From assembly GCA_002922725.1 (NCBI GenBank), contig PNEW01000001.1, forward strand, positions 10,137 through 74,136: a DNA stretch of 64,000 nucleotides. Direction: 5' to 3'. This document shows, in pieces, positions 49,333 to 59,218 of this stretch. The DNA comes from Verrucomicrobia bacterium Opi.OSU.00C (GTDB lineage: Bacteria; Verrucomicrobiota; Verrucomicrobiia; Opitutales; PNEW01). Under the pieces are notes generated by a model that did no database searches, was not told the origin of the DNA, and worked only from the letters and a program-made list of their open reading frames with translations. A program made the position numbers and the translations under genes. Numbering within the stretch: position 1 is the first letter of the stretch; each line of letters opens with the position of its first letter.

Positions 49333-50511
49333 TTAGTGGGTTATCTTTAAAAAAGTACGTTTACCGCTCTGAATAATAATTTCTTTTTTAGGTCTATGTA
49401 TTAAGGTATTTGGATCCTGATAACGATTGCCATCAATCTTTATTGCACCTTGTTCGGTTAATCTGCGAGCTTCTTTTTTACTGGGGAAAAGATTGCTTTT
49501 CCCCAGTAAGTTAATAAGTCGTTCAGTTTCGCTTTTGGCTAATGAATACCACGAAAATAAGGGCATCTCGTCAGGTATTTCACCTCCGCTGAATACATTT
49601 TCAAACTTTAAGAGCTCATTCTCAGCAATAGTTTCATTATGAATTTTAGCAGTTAAGAGTCGGGCTAGTTCTTTTTTTGCTTCCATGGGGTGGTTTACTT
49701 TACGACTTTCTATCTCCTCGTCATTGAAATTAAGCAATAATCGATAGTAATCCCACATTATATTATCATCTACAGACATAACTTTACCAAATATATCCTT
49801 TGGGGTATCATTGAAAGCAATGTAGTTATTTGCACTTTTAGACATTTTATTTTTGCCATCAAGGCCTACAAGCAATGGCATAGTGATGACAATTTGGCCC
49901 TGTTTTTTTGCATCTTTCTGTATTGTACGGCCGACGAGCATATTAAAAAGTTGGTCAGTTCCACCAATTTCTATATCAGCATCGAGAATTAGGGAGTCGT
50001 ATCCCTGAACTAACGGATATAGAAACTCTACAATCGAGATGGGTGTATTTTTACTATATCTTTTTGAAAAATCATCGCGTTCAAGCATACGTGCTACGGT
50101 CATTTTTCGTGCTAGACGTAGCGCATCTTCAAAACTCATATCATCAAACCATTCGCTGTTGTAGCGGACACTGGTATTTTCTTTATCTAGAATCTTAAAT
50201 GCCTGCTGTAAATAAGTTTTTGAATTTCTTTTAATTTCATCCTTTGTTAGTACTGGTCGAAGGATGGATTGGCCAGAGGGATCTCCGATAAGGGCTGTAT
50301 AGTCGCCAATAATTAGAATGGCTTCGTGACCGAGATCCTGAAATTGGCGTAATTTGTTAAAAACAACCCAGTGTCCGAAAGTGAGGTCAGGCCGAGTAGG
50401 ATCAACACCAAGTTTTACACGCAGTGACCGGTTTTTTTTGAGACATTTATCCAGGTCATCTTGGGTGATAAGCTGATCAGTATTAAGCTTAATTAAATCT
50501 AATGGACTCAT
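49333..50511 (-). CDS. tyrS: Tyrosine--tRNA ligase
   Basis: 392 aa. HIGH-region variant (TFGHW), KMSKS present, and a C-terminal S4-like domain. Confidence 0.92.
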   Translation of the reverse strand: MSPLDLIKLNTDQLITQDDLDKCLKKNRSLRVKLGVDPTRPDLTFGHWVVFNKLRQFQDLGHEAILIIGDYTALIGDPSGQSILRPVLTKDEIKRNSKTYLQQAFKILDKENTSVRYNSEWFDDMSFEDALRLARKMTVARMLERDDFSKRYSKNTPISIVEFLYPLVQGYDSLILDADIEIGGTDQLFNMLVGRTIQKDAKKQGQIVITMPLLVGLDGKNKMSKSANNYIAFNDTPKDIFGKVMSVDDNIMWDYYRLLLNFNDEEIESRKVNHPMEAKKELARLLTAKIHNETIAENELLKFENVFSGGEIPDEMPLFSWYSLAKSETERLINLLGKSNLFPSKKEARRLTEQGAIKIDGNRYQDPNTLIHRPKKEIIIQSGKRTFLKITH

Positions 50512-50733
50512 AATAGGATGGTTAATACATAACAGGAGATTTAATCCCCAAAAGAATTTTCCTATTGAAGAAATGATTTAAATTAAAGGAATAAAAAAAA
50601 CTTATTGAGAGTCCAGACATTAAAATTTTGTCTCTGATCGCCATGCGCTTTCTTCTTGCTAATTTATTACTCCTGTTTCAAAAAGTTAAAGCTCATACAC
50701 TAAGCTAACAAAAACAAGATAAAGCAATTAAAA

Positions 50734-51207
50734 ATGGCACTTGAAAAAGGACAAAAAGCACCGGATTTTACTTTAAAATCTAAAACCGCAGAAGGACTTG
50801 ATGATATTAAGTTGAGTAACAACTTTGGGAATAAGAACACTGTTCTTCTTTTCTTTCCACTTGCATTTACTGATGTATGTCGCGATGAGATGTGCTCGGT
50901 CAGTGAGGGGATCAGCGAATACGAATCCCTTAACGCTAGTGTTTATGGGATTAGCGTCGATAGCCCCTTTTCCCAGGAAGGTTGGGCCGAAGTAAACAAA
51001 ATCACTATCCCTTTATTAAGTGATTTTAATAAAGAAGTCTGTGCAGCTTATGATGTTATTTATGAAGATCTCCTAGGGTTTAAAGGTGTAGCCAAACGGT
51101 CTGCCTTTATTGTTAATAAGGATGGCAACATCGTCTACAGTTGGTCAAGTGACGACCCTCATAATCTTCCGCCATTTGATGAAATAAAAGCAGCATTATC
51201 TGCTTGA
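50734..51207 (+). CDS. Peroxiredoxin (AhpC/TSA-Redoxin family)
   Basis: 157 aa. FFPLAFTDVCRDEMC contains the peroxidatic Cys context. Confidence 0.85.
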   Translation: MALEKGQKAPDFTLKSKTAEGLDDIKLSNNFGNKNTVLLFFPLAFTDVCRDEMCSVSEGISEYESLNASVYGISVDSPFSQEGWAEVNKITIPLLSDFNKEVCAAYDVIYEDLLGFKGVAKRSAFIVNKDGNIVYSWSSDDPHNLPPFDEIKAALSA

Positions 51208-51280
51208 TTATAGGAACACCCATGTGTTTTAAGTTTTTTTACGCGAAACAGTTATGTTTATTTCACTATATAGTAAATAA

Positions 51281-54040
51281 GTGAAGACATCGATGCGTTC
51301 ATTACCCAACCCATTTAATTCTTTAAAATCTTTTAAAAGAGGAAAAATCGAAAAGGGGTGGTTTTATTCGCTTCCTGCCTTGGAAGAAGCGGGTTTAGGG
51401 GATATTTCAAGATTACCGGTTTGCCTCCGTATTATTTTGGAGTCGGTTTTGCGCAATTACGATGGAAAAAATGTCAATGAAAGGGATATTGAAACTTTAG
51501 CTAGATGGAATCCATCACAACCTGCAGCAGTTGAAATTCCGTTTACTGTTTCACGCATCGTTTTGCAGGATTTTACCGGAGTTCCCTTGCTTGTTGATCT
51601 AGCCGCTATGCGAGATACAGTAAGAGGGTTGGGCCTCGATCCCAATCTTATTGAACCATTAGTTCCAGTAGACCTTGTTATCGACCATTCGGTACAAGTT
51701 GATCGTTCTGGAACAGCACAATCTTTTCTCGATAATTTAAATATTGAGTTTGATCGGAATCGCGAGCGTTACCGGTTTCTAAAATGGGGGCAGCAAGCCT
51801 TTAAAACTTTTAGCGTTGTTCCTCCATCGATTGGCATAGTACATCAAGTCAATCTTGAATATCTGGCACGTCTCGTTTTTGAATATGAAACTACTGATGG
51901 AGTTTTGTGTTTTCCTGACACACTAGTTGGGACCGATTCACATACGACGATGATAAATGGATTAGGGGTTGTCGGGTGGGGTGTTGGTGGAATTGAAGCA
52001 GAAGCGGGAATGCTCGGTCAACCCATTTCAATTCTCACACCTGAAGTAATTGGTGTCCATTTATCAGGATCCTTATTAGATGGTGTTACCGCTACAGATC
52101 TTACCCTTCGCATTACAGAAATGTTGCGGAATGAAAAAGTGGTCGGAAAATTCATCGAATTTTTTGGCGAGGGAGCAAGTAACCTAGAGGTAGCCGATCG
52201 TGCTACAATAGCCAATATGGCTCCGGAATACGGAGCGACAATTGGATTTTTTCCTGTTGATGATAAAACATTGGATTATTTGCATATAACTGGTCGAACC
52301 GACGAACAAATTGAACGTGTAAAATATTTTTATGAAGCTCAGCAACTTTTCGGGATTCCTCATTTAGGGGAGGTCGATTATACAAAAGTAATTGAACTGG
52401 ATTTGCATTCAGTCAAGCCTTGTGTCGCAGGACCCAAACGTCCACAAGACAGGATTGAACTTCAGAAATTGAAAGAAACTTTTACTGACCTATTAACACG
52501 AGGAAAAAATGAAGGTGGTTATGAGATAGCTCATGATTCATTGTCTAAAAGAGTTTCCATACATGACTATAAGGGATATGGAAATGACCAAGCAAAAGCG
52601 GTAAAAAATTGTGAAATAGGTCAGGGATCAGTGTTAATTGCTGCCATTACTAGTTGTACAAATACTAGTAACCCTAATGTCATGATCGCCGCTGGTCTAC
52701 TCGCAAAGCATGCCGTCGAACGAGGATTAACTGTCAATTCCACAGTTAAAACCAGCCTTGCTCCTGGGTCTAGAGTGGTAACAGACTATCTCAATGAAAC
52801 AGGATTACAGGACTATCTTGACCAGCTTGGTTTTAATCTTGTCGGCTATGGATGTACTACATGCATTGGTAATAGTGGCCCCTTAGATACACCTATTGAT
52901 GCAGCGATTAAAGATGGTGACCTTATTACCGCAAGCGTACTTTCTGGGAATAGAAATTTTGAGGCTAGAGTTCATTCCTCAATAAAGGCTAATTTTCTAA
53001 TGTCTCCCCCACTTGTAGTTGCTTATGCTTTAGCAGGTCGTATTGATATCGATCTCTCTACTGAGCCACTCGGTGTGGATAAAGAGGGCGTCGCTGTGTT
53101 TTTAAAAGATCTGTGGCCAACGCAGGAAGATATTCAAAAAAAAATTATGGTTGGTTTGAGGCCGGCAATGTTTAAAGAAAAATATTCACAAATATTGGAT
53201 GTTAATCCACAGTGGGATGAAGTTGAAGTTACGGGAGGTAATCTCTACAACTGGGATTGTCACAGTACCTATATCCAATCCCCTCCTTTTTTCGATAATT
53301 TTCGAATTAATCTCGAGAAAATACAATCCCTACACAAGATGCGCCCTTTGGCAATTGTTGGGGATTCCGTTACTACCGATCATATTTCCCCTGCGGGGTC
53401 TATTTCTGAAGATAGTCCTGCCGGAAAATTCCTAATGGATAAAGGTGTTAGACCTGCCCAGTTTAATTCATTTGGTTCACGGCGTGGTAATGATCGTGTT
53501 ATGACTCGTGGTACTTTTGGAAACGTTCGTTTCAGGAACTTAATGGCGGATGGAAAAGAAGGAGGTTACACTAAACTCATGCCCGAAGGTGAAATTATGC
53601 CTATCTATGACGCCTGCCAGTTATATGATAAGCGTAAAACCCCTTTAATCATATTTGCAGGTAATGATTATGGTATGGGTAGCTCGCGAGACTGGGCTGC
53701 AAAAGGTGCGTTGTTACTTGGAGTTAAGGTGGTTGTAGCGAGTAGTTTTGAACGTATCCATCGTAGTAATCTAATTGGGATGGGAATCCTCCCATTGCAA
53801 TTTAAGACATGTGATAATATTTCAAGTTTAAAACTAAAAGGATCCGAAACCTTTTCTCTTCCTGGTCTCGATGATAATTTGCAACCGAGCCAGGAACTTA
53901 CCCTTCACATTAATCGTGAAAATAATACGACTGATAAAATTTTGGTGATTGTACGTATTGATACTTTTGGTGAAATAGAATTTTATCGACATGGTGGTAT
54001 TCTTCAATATGTTTTAAGAAATATCATTCAGTCTTCTTAA
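51281..54040 (+). CDS. acnA: Aconitate hydratase A
   Basis: 919 aa, with a GTG start or the ATG four codons later. Fe-S ligand contexts [16 protein letters not shown] and [11 protein letters not shown]. Confidence 0.95.
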   Translation: MKTSMRSLPNPFNSLKSFKRGKIEKGWFYSLPALEEAGLGDISRLPVCLRIILESVLRNYDGKNVNERDIETLARWNPSQPAAVEIPFTVSRIVLQDFTGVPLLVDLAAMRDTVRGLGLDPNLIEPLVPVDLVIDHSVQVDRSGTAQSFLDNLNIEFDRNRERYRFLKWGQQAFKTFSVVPPSIGIVHQVNLEYLARLVFEYETTDGVLCFPDTLVGTDSHTTMINGLGVVGWGVGGIEAEAGMLGQPISILTPEVIGVHLSGSLLDGVTATDLTLRITEMLRNEKVVGKFIEFFGEGASNLEVADRATIANMAPEYGATIGFFPVDDKTLDYLHITGRTDEQIERVKYFYEAQQLFGIPHLGEVDYTKVIELDLHSVKPCVAGPKRPQDRIELQKLKETFTDLLTRGKNEGGYEIAHDSLSKRVSIHDYKGYGNDQAKAVKNCEIGQGSVLIAAITSCTNTSNPNVMIAAGLLAKHAVERGLTVNSTVKTSLAPGSRVVTDYLNETGLQDYLDQLGFNLVGYGCTTCIGNSGPLDTPIDAAIKDGDLITASVLSGNRNFEARVHSSIKANFLMSPPLVVAYALAGRIDIDLSTEPLGVDKEGVAVFLKDLWPTQEDIQKKIMVGLRPAMFKEKYSQILDVNPQWDEVEVTGGNLYNWDCHSTYIQSPPFFDNFRINLEKIQSLHKMRPLAIVGDSVTTDHISPAGSISEDSPAGKFLMDKGVRPAQFNSFGSRRGNDRVMTRGTFGNVRFRNLMADGKEGGYTKLMPEGEIMPIYDACQLYDKRKTPLIIFAGNDYGMGSSRDWAAKGALLLGVKVVVASSFERIHRSNLIGMGILPLQFKTCDNISSLKLKGSETFSLPGLDDNLQPSQELTLHINRENNTTDKILVIVRIDTFGEIEFYRHGGILQYVLRNIIQSS

Positions 54041-54057
54041 TAATATCCCCATACAAA

Positions 54058-54561
54058 ATGGCTGAAAATTCTGAGCCAGTGTTCCAGGTTAATACTTACA
54101 CTGAGCCCGTAGTTATAAGGATTTCGGGTCGAGTTAGTTACCTTAATGCACTACCAGTAAGTAAATTTTTCTGCCGTATGGAGGAGCTCGACAAGCGTAA
54201 TTTTATTATTGATTTTGCTAAATGTACATCAATAGATAGCACTTTTCTAGGTATTATTGTCGGTGCAGCTTTAAAGGTCAGGAAAAAAGACCCACCCGGA
54301 AACTTTATTCTTTGTCGTTTAAGGAAACGTAACCTCGAGTCAGTGAGGAATTTAGGTTTAGACCGTATAGCGAGTGTTGATACAGGTGACTTTCCTGCGG
54401 AATATGAATCACCGGGACAATGCCTAGAAGCTAATAAAAAAGGCGAAATCGAAAATACAAAATTAGTTCTTCAAGCGCATGAGAATCTTATAGAAATTGA
54501 TAAAAAAAATAAATCTCGGTTTCAGGATGTTGTTTCATATTTAAAAAACCAGGTTGAATAA
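54058..54561 (+). CDS. STAS domain protein (anti-sigma-factor antagonist-like)
   Basis: 167 aa. IIDFAKCTSIDSTFLGIIVG resembles the SpoIIAA/RsbV phosphorylatable-Ser loop. It has an extended C-terminus. Confidence 0.7.
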   Translation: MAENSEPVFQVNTYTEPVVIRISGRVSYLNALPVSKFFCRMEELDKRNFIIDFAKCTSIDSTFLGIIVGAALKVRKKDPPGNFILCRLRKRNLESVRNLGLDRIASVDTGDFPAEYESPGQCLEANKKGEIENTKLVLQAHENLIEIDKKNKSRFQDVVSYLKNQVE

Positions 54562-54588
54562 TATAGCTTCCTATCTTATAGGACGAAA

Positions 54589-56028
54589 ATGATTCTGTTT
54601 GTATTGGGTTTAATCCTTAGTGGAGTTATCGGTTGGATTCTCTACTATATGATCCGCCGTGATTATTTACGTTTGGATGTGGAAAAACAACGTCTTGTAC
54701 AGGAAAAACAGATTATTCTTGATTTCATGCATAATATGGTAGAGGCGATTGGTACAGGTGTAGCTCGCGAGGAACTTTATCAACAAATATTACATACTGC
54801 AGTCTTAAGTACAGGAGCACTCAGCGCCTGCATATTCGAAAAGACAGAAGAAAACAAGTTACGTGGAGTATCAGTGGAAGGTCTTTTCCCTCCGCAACGT
54901 CAATTACCTACAAATGTGCAGAAAAAAAGTTCAACCCGTACCAAATTTATTGAACAAGTGCTAAGATCGGAAGAATTTGAATTAGGTGAGGGGTTAATCG
55001 GTATGGTCGCGGTAAGTGGTGTGGGCGAATTTATTCCTGACGCGAGAACTGACTCTCGGGTGATCTTACATGATGATCCGTCATTAGCTATTTGCTCACT
55101 TATTCTCGCACCAATTCTTTATGAGAATGAAAACATTGGTGTGCTTGTAATCGCAAACCGGGCAGATGAGAAATCTTTTAGTGAAACAGATTATTCTCTC
55201 GCACTTTCCCTCGCTGAACAGTCTGGACTAGCCATTCACAATGCCGATTTGATGCATCTTCAATTAGAAAAGAACAAATTGGATATGGATATATCATTAG
55301 CGAGTAGCATACAAAGTATGCTATTACCAAAGACCTTTCCTCAACAAACGAAATTTGATCTCGATGCACGTTATTTACCAGCACAAATAGTTGGTGGTGA
55401 CTTCTATGATATTTTTCCTTTATCAAACAGTAGGATCGGCGTGGCAATTGCGGATGCATCAGGAAAAGGGATACCTGCATCATTATTGATGGCTATATGT
55501 CAAAGTAAATTACGCTTTTATGCCCGAAATTTTGATTCTCCTTCGCGTGTACTTATGGAGGTGAACCGTGATATCACGGAAGAAATACGTGAAGATATGT
55601 TTGTTACTCTAATATATGCTATTGTCGATAGTTCCATAGACGAAATTGTAATCGCGCGGGCTGGCCACGAATTACCTATTCACGGTCACTACGATACTAA
55701 AGACGGATTGTACAAAACAACAATGATTGGCTCCGAGGGGATGGCCTTAGGAATGGTAGAGCCAGAATTATTTGAGTCCGTAATTGCCGATAAAAAAATC
55801 TCCTTTGTCAAGGGAGATACTTTACTCCTCTATACTGATGGAATTACAGAATTTGCCAATTTGGACGACATTGAATTTTCTACTTCTAGATTAGTCAACT
55901 TACTTAATCCACTAGGGAATCTGTCGGCAATTGAACTTAATCAAGGTATACTCGACAACGTTTATAGATTTGCCGGTTCCGCCGGACAGAATGACGATAT
56001 TACTCTAGTGACAGTAAAACACCTTTAA
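54589..56028 (+). CDS. Membrane-anchored GAF-domain PP2C (SpoIIE/RsbU-type) serine phosphatase
   Basis: 479 aa. N-terminal TM segment, then a GAF-like region (GEGLIGMVAVSG...GVLVIANR). PP2C motifs GGDFYDIF, IADASGKGIPASLLM and QNDDITLV. Confidence 0.88.
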   Translation: MILFVLGLILSGVIGWILYYMIRRDYLRLDVEKQRLVQEKQIILDFMHNMVEAIGTGVAREELYQQILHTAVLSTGALSACIFEKTEENKLRGVSVEGLFPPQRQLPTNVQKKSSTRTKFIEQVLRSEEFELGEGLIGMVAVSGVGEFIPDARTDSRVILHDDPSLAICSLILAPILYENENIGVLVIANRADEKSFSETDYSLALSLAEQSGLAIHNADLMHLQLEKNKLDMDISLASSIQSMLLPKTFPQQTKFDLDARYLPAQIVGGDFYDIFPLSNSRIGVAIADASGKGIPASLLMAICQSKLRFYARNFDSPSRVLMEVNRDITEEIREDMFVTLIYAIVDSSIDEIVIARAGHELPIHGHYDTKDGLYKTTMIGSEGMALGMVEPELFESVIADKKISFVKGDTLLLYTDGITEFANLDDIEFSTSRLVNLLNPLGNLSAIELNQGILDNVYRFAGSAGQNDDITLVTVKHL

Positions 56029-56233
56029 TTCTTTTATTTACTTAAGGTTCTGTTGTATAGATGTAATGACAGCCTTCCTTAATATTTTATAGCTGATACT
56101 TACTACTTGATCATTTTAGGTAATTGAAGACAATGTCGTTTATATACTAACCTTTTAATGTACAGCTTTGTTTCTTAGTGTTACTAATTGAAGAAATAGA
56201 TATGGGGGCTGATTTAATATTTTTTAATTAGAC

Positions 56234-57472
56234 ATGCAAAAAACATCTAATTTTGACAAAATCTCTCGATTTTCATTACCTGATAAAAACGGTCACTTTG
56301 GGAGTTTCGGAGGTGTTTATGTTCCTGAAACTTTGATGACCGCTTTATATACATTACGAGAGGCCTACGAGGATGCACGTAAAGACAGTCTATTTAAAGA
56401 TGAATTAACACGTTATTTACGTGAGTATGCAGGGCGTTCTACACCTTTGTATCATGCCGAGAGACTTAGCAGTGAACTTGGGGGAGCCAAGATTTACATT
56501 AAGCGTGAAGATCTACTCCACACCGGTGCTCATAAAATAAATAATGTACTTGGGCAGATCCTACTTGCTCGCCGAATGGGTAAGAAACGTATTATTGCGG
56601 AGACTGGTGCTGGGCAGCATGGTGTTGCCACAGCTGCCGCTTGTGCAAAATTTGGGCTTGAATGTATTATATACATGGGTGCCATCGATATGGAGCGACA
56701 AAAACTTAATGTTTTTCGTATGCGTCTCTGTGGCGCTGAGGTCCGCGCAGTATCTGCGGGACAACAAACACTTAAAGAAGCTATTAACGAGGCAATCAGA
56801 GATTGGGTAACGAATGTACGAACTTCTCACTATCTTTTAGGTTCTGCCCTTGGACCTCATCCTTATCCAATGATTAACCGTGATTTTCAACGCGTTATCG
56901 GACAGGAAACGCGGGATCAAATACTAGAAAAAGAAGGAAAACTCCCCAAATTGCTAGTGGCTTGTGTAGGTGGAGGGAGCAATGCAATCGGGTTCTTTTT
57001 TGACTTCCTCGAGGACGAGTGTGTAGAATTGATCGGAATAGAAGCTGGTGGACGCGGGTTAAATTCTGGTGAGCACGCGGCTCGTTTTGAAGGTGGTAAA
57101 ATTGGTATTTTACACGGGTGTAAAACATACGTGCTTCAAGATTCTGATGGGCAGATAGAATTAACTCATTCTGTTTCTGCAGGGCTCGATTATCCCTCGA
57201 TCAGTCCAGAACATGCATTTTATCGAGATCGAGGGCGTATCAGTTATGGTTATGCAACTGATGATGAGGCACTTGAAGCTTTTCAGCAACTTTCAAAACA
57301 CGAAGGTATCATTCCTGCGCTTGAATCGTCGCATGCTGTAGCTTATTCACTTAAGCGTGCTCCACAAATGGCTCCCGATGATATCATTATTATAAATATG
57401 AGTGGACGAGGAGATAAAGACGTGGATCAGGCTGAAAAAATAATGTCAGGTCCAGAAGAAGGGAAGAAATGA
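56234..57472 (+). CDS. trpB: Tryptophan synthase beta chain
   Basis: 412 aa. PLP-Lys motif HTGAHKINN, and GGGSNAIG. Confidence 0.95.
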   Translation: MQKTSNFDKISRFSLPDKNGHFGSFGGVYVPETLMTALYTLREAYEDARKDSLFKDELTRYLREYAGRSTPLYHAERLSSELGGAKIYIKREDLLHTGAHKINNVLGQILLARRMGKKRIIAETGAGQHGVATAAACAKFGLECIIYMGAIDMERQKLNVFRMRLCGAEVRAVSAGQQTLKEAINEAIRDWVTNVRTSHYLLGSALGPHPYPMINRDFQRVIGQETRDQILEKEGKLPKLLVACVGGGSNAIGFFFDFLEDECVELIGIEAGGRGLNSGEHAARFEGGKIGILHGCKTYVLQDSDGQIELTHSVSAGLDYPSISPEHAFYRDRGRISYGYATDDEALEAFQQLSKHEGIIPALESSHAVAYSLKRAPQMAPDDIIIINMSGRGDKDVDQAEKIMSGPEEGKK

Positions 57473-58341
57473 ACAGTATGACTGGTTATGGCCGTGGAAC
57501 CTCGGCTAATGATCAACTGGAAATTATTGTTGAATTGACTTCAGTTAACAGGCGAAATTTTGAAATAGCCACTTCTTTGCCTAAAGAATGGCAAAGTCTT
57601 GAACATAAGTTATTGGGCTATTTACGCCAATCATTGAGGCGAGGAAGAGTTAATATTAATGTAAGGGTTCAGAATGTTCTTGTGGGTGACTCATTGTCAT
57701 GGGATGAGAATTCGGTAAAAGCGACATTAAAAAAGCTTGAAATATTTGCTGAAAAAGCGGGTGCTTCATTCGAGTTGGATGCTCGTATTATTTTCGATGT
57801 AGTACGTTCTCATCTGATAAGAGCAGGGTTGCCGAATGCGGAGGAAGGGTGGCACTTATTGGAAAAGGCTTTGTCCGCAGCTGTTGGTCAATTATGCGCG
57901 ATGCGTCGTGAAGAAGGTAGTGTTCTTTCTGCAGATTTGAAAATGAGAATAGGTATAATTACTACTATGGTAGATGAAATATGTGCTATTTCTCGTGATG
58001 GTGTTCAGGATTATCGTGAACTACTTATGAATCGGTTAAAACAAGCTAACCTGGAACTAGACATTAATGACGAACGTGTATTAAAGGAAATTGCTCTATT
58101 TGCCGATCGCAGTGACATCACTGAAGAAATAATACGTTTGAAAAGTCATATATCCCAATTCCAAAAATCCATAGGCGGTGACGAGTTAATCGGACGTAAA
58201 CTAGAATTTATCCTTCAAGAGATCAACCGTGAGGTGAATACTATTGCGAGTAAAGCGAACAAGACTGAAATTATTAACCGTGTTCTTGACTGTAAGATCG
58301 AAATCGAACGTATTCGTGAGCAGTTACAGAATGTACAGTAG
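57469..58341 (+). CDS. yicC: YicC family protein
   Basis: 290 aa. [11 protein letters not shown]-terminus and the conserved C-terminal [12 protein letters not shown]-type helix. Its start overlaps the trpB stop (ATGA). Confidence 0.9.
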   Translation: MNSMTGYGRGTSANDQLEIIVELTSVNRRNFEIATSLPKEWQSLEHKLLGYLRQSLRRGRVNINVRVQNVLVGDSLSWDENSVKATLKKLEIFAEKAGASFELDARIIFDVVRSHLIRAGLPNAEEGWHLLEKALSAAVGQLCAMRREEGSVLSADLKMRIGIITTMVDEICAISRDGVQDYRELLMNRLKQANLELDINDERVLKEIALFADRSDITEEIIRLKSHISQFQKSIGGDELIGRKLEFILQEINREVNTIASKANKTEIINRVLDCKIEIERIREQLQNVQ

Positions 58342-58346
58342 TGACC

Positions 58347-59031
58347 CTAACGGAGCTTGCTGACTAAAGTTGTTTTCCAGAATAAAGATTCAAAACTTTT
58401 CTTAGCAACCTTTTCAACAATTTGTTCTGGTCCGGATAGCATCCCGACAAGAACAAATTTATCTATAATAAGAAAGTATTCGTAGTATTTGATTTTGTTT
58501 TCCGTTTCCGGTTCTGGTGTCCTATAAATGACGACACGGTTTAATTTTCCTAGGGGCCATCTTGATTGGTTAACTGGATGGTAATAACCATCGTCATTTA
58601 AAAATTCTATATTACCTTTATAACTCATCTTCATGCCTTCAATATAACCCTTTATTTCTTCACCTCCTATATTTGGCATAAAATCCTTTTTTTTGATAGA
58701 GACTCATGGAAAATGTCGTTTGAGGGTTACCTCTAAAATAATAACTGATCGAGTTTTTTTGGTCTATTTTTCGCGACCAGTTCCTGGGTTTTTTCATTTC
58801 AATACCAAAATAGGGTGTAGATACATAATAGAGTTCAATTAATTCTCCATCAGCTTCAAAACTACGGATTTTTATATCGAAAGAGGTATGAGGCTTTAAT
58901 GGTTTTATATATATGGGCCCATCATAGGGTTTTTCTTTCTCAACCTGGGATTGAGCAAGAAGTGGTATCGACAAAAAAACTATCGTAAAAAATATATTTA
59001 AAAGGAATCGAGTCAGTAAAATAGCTTTCAT
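58347..59031 (-). pseudogene. Secreted hypothetical protein, split by a frameshift in an A8 run
   Basis: ORF 58660..59031 has a signal peptide (MKAILLTRFLLNIFFTIVFLSIPLLAQSQ). ORF 58347..58679 continues in another frame. The junction is at T8 58687-58694 (A8 in sense). Reading it as A7 gives ...SLYQKKDFMPNIGGEEIKGY... Confidence 0.6.
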
Positions 59032-59118
59032 TTAGCGAAATTGTCTCAGTTTAATACCTCATATGTCAATAATGGATAAGAGTATAAGTAATTTGTTCTT
59101 TAGTAAAAGTATGAGGAC

Positions 59119-59175
59119 ATAAAAAATCAAGGGCCAGGGTAAGTGGCAGTTTATATTGCCCTAACCCCGGCCCTT
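59119..59175 (-). terminator. Rho-independent terminator after the 994-aa gene
   Basis: The minus-strand RNA is AAGGGCCGGGGUUAGGGCA-AUAUAAAC-UGCCACUUACCCUGGCCCUU followed by GAUUUUUUAU. This is a long GC-rich imperfect hairpin (about 18 bp by hand) plus a U6 tract, 44 nt after the stop codon. Confidence 0.7.
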
Positions 59176-59218
59176 AATTATATGTTTGGAAGTGTTTAAA
59201 TATAACGCTGACTTATAA

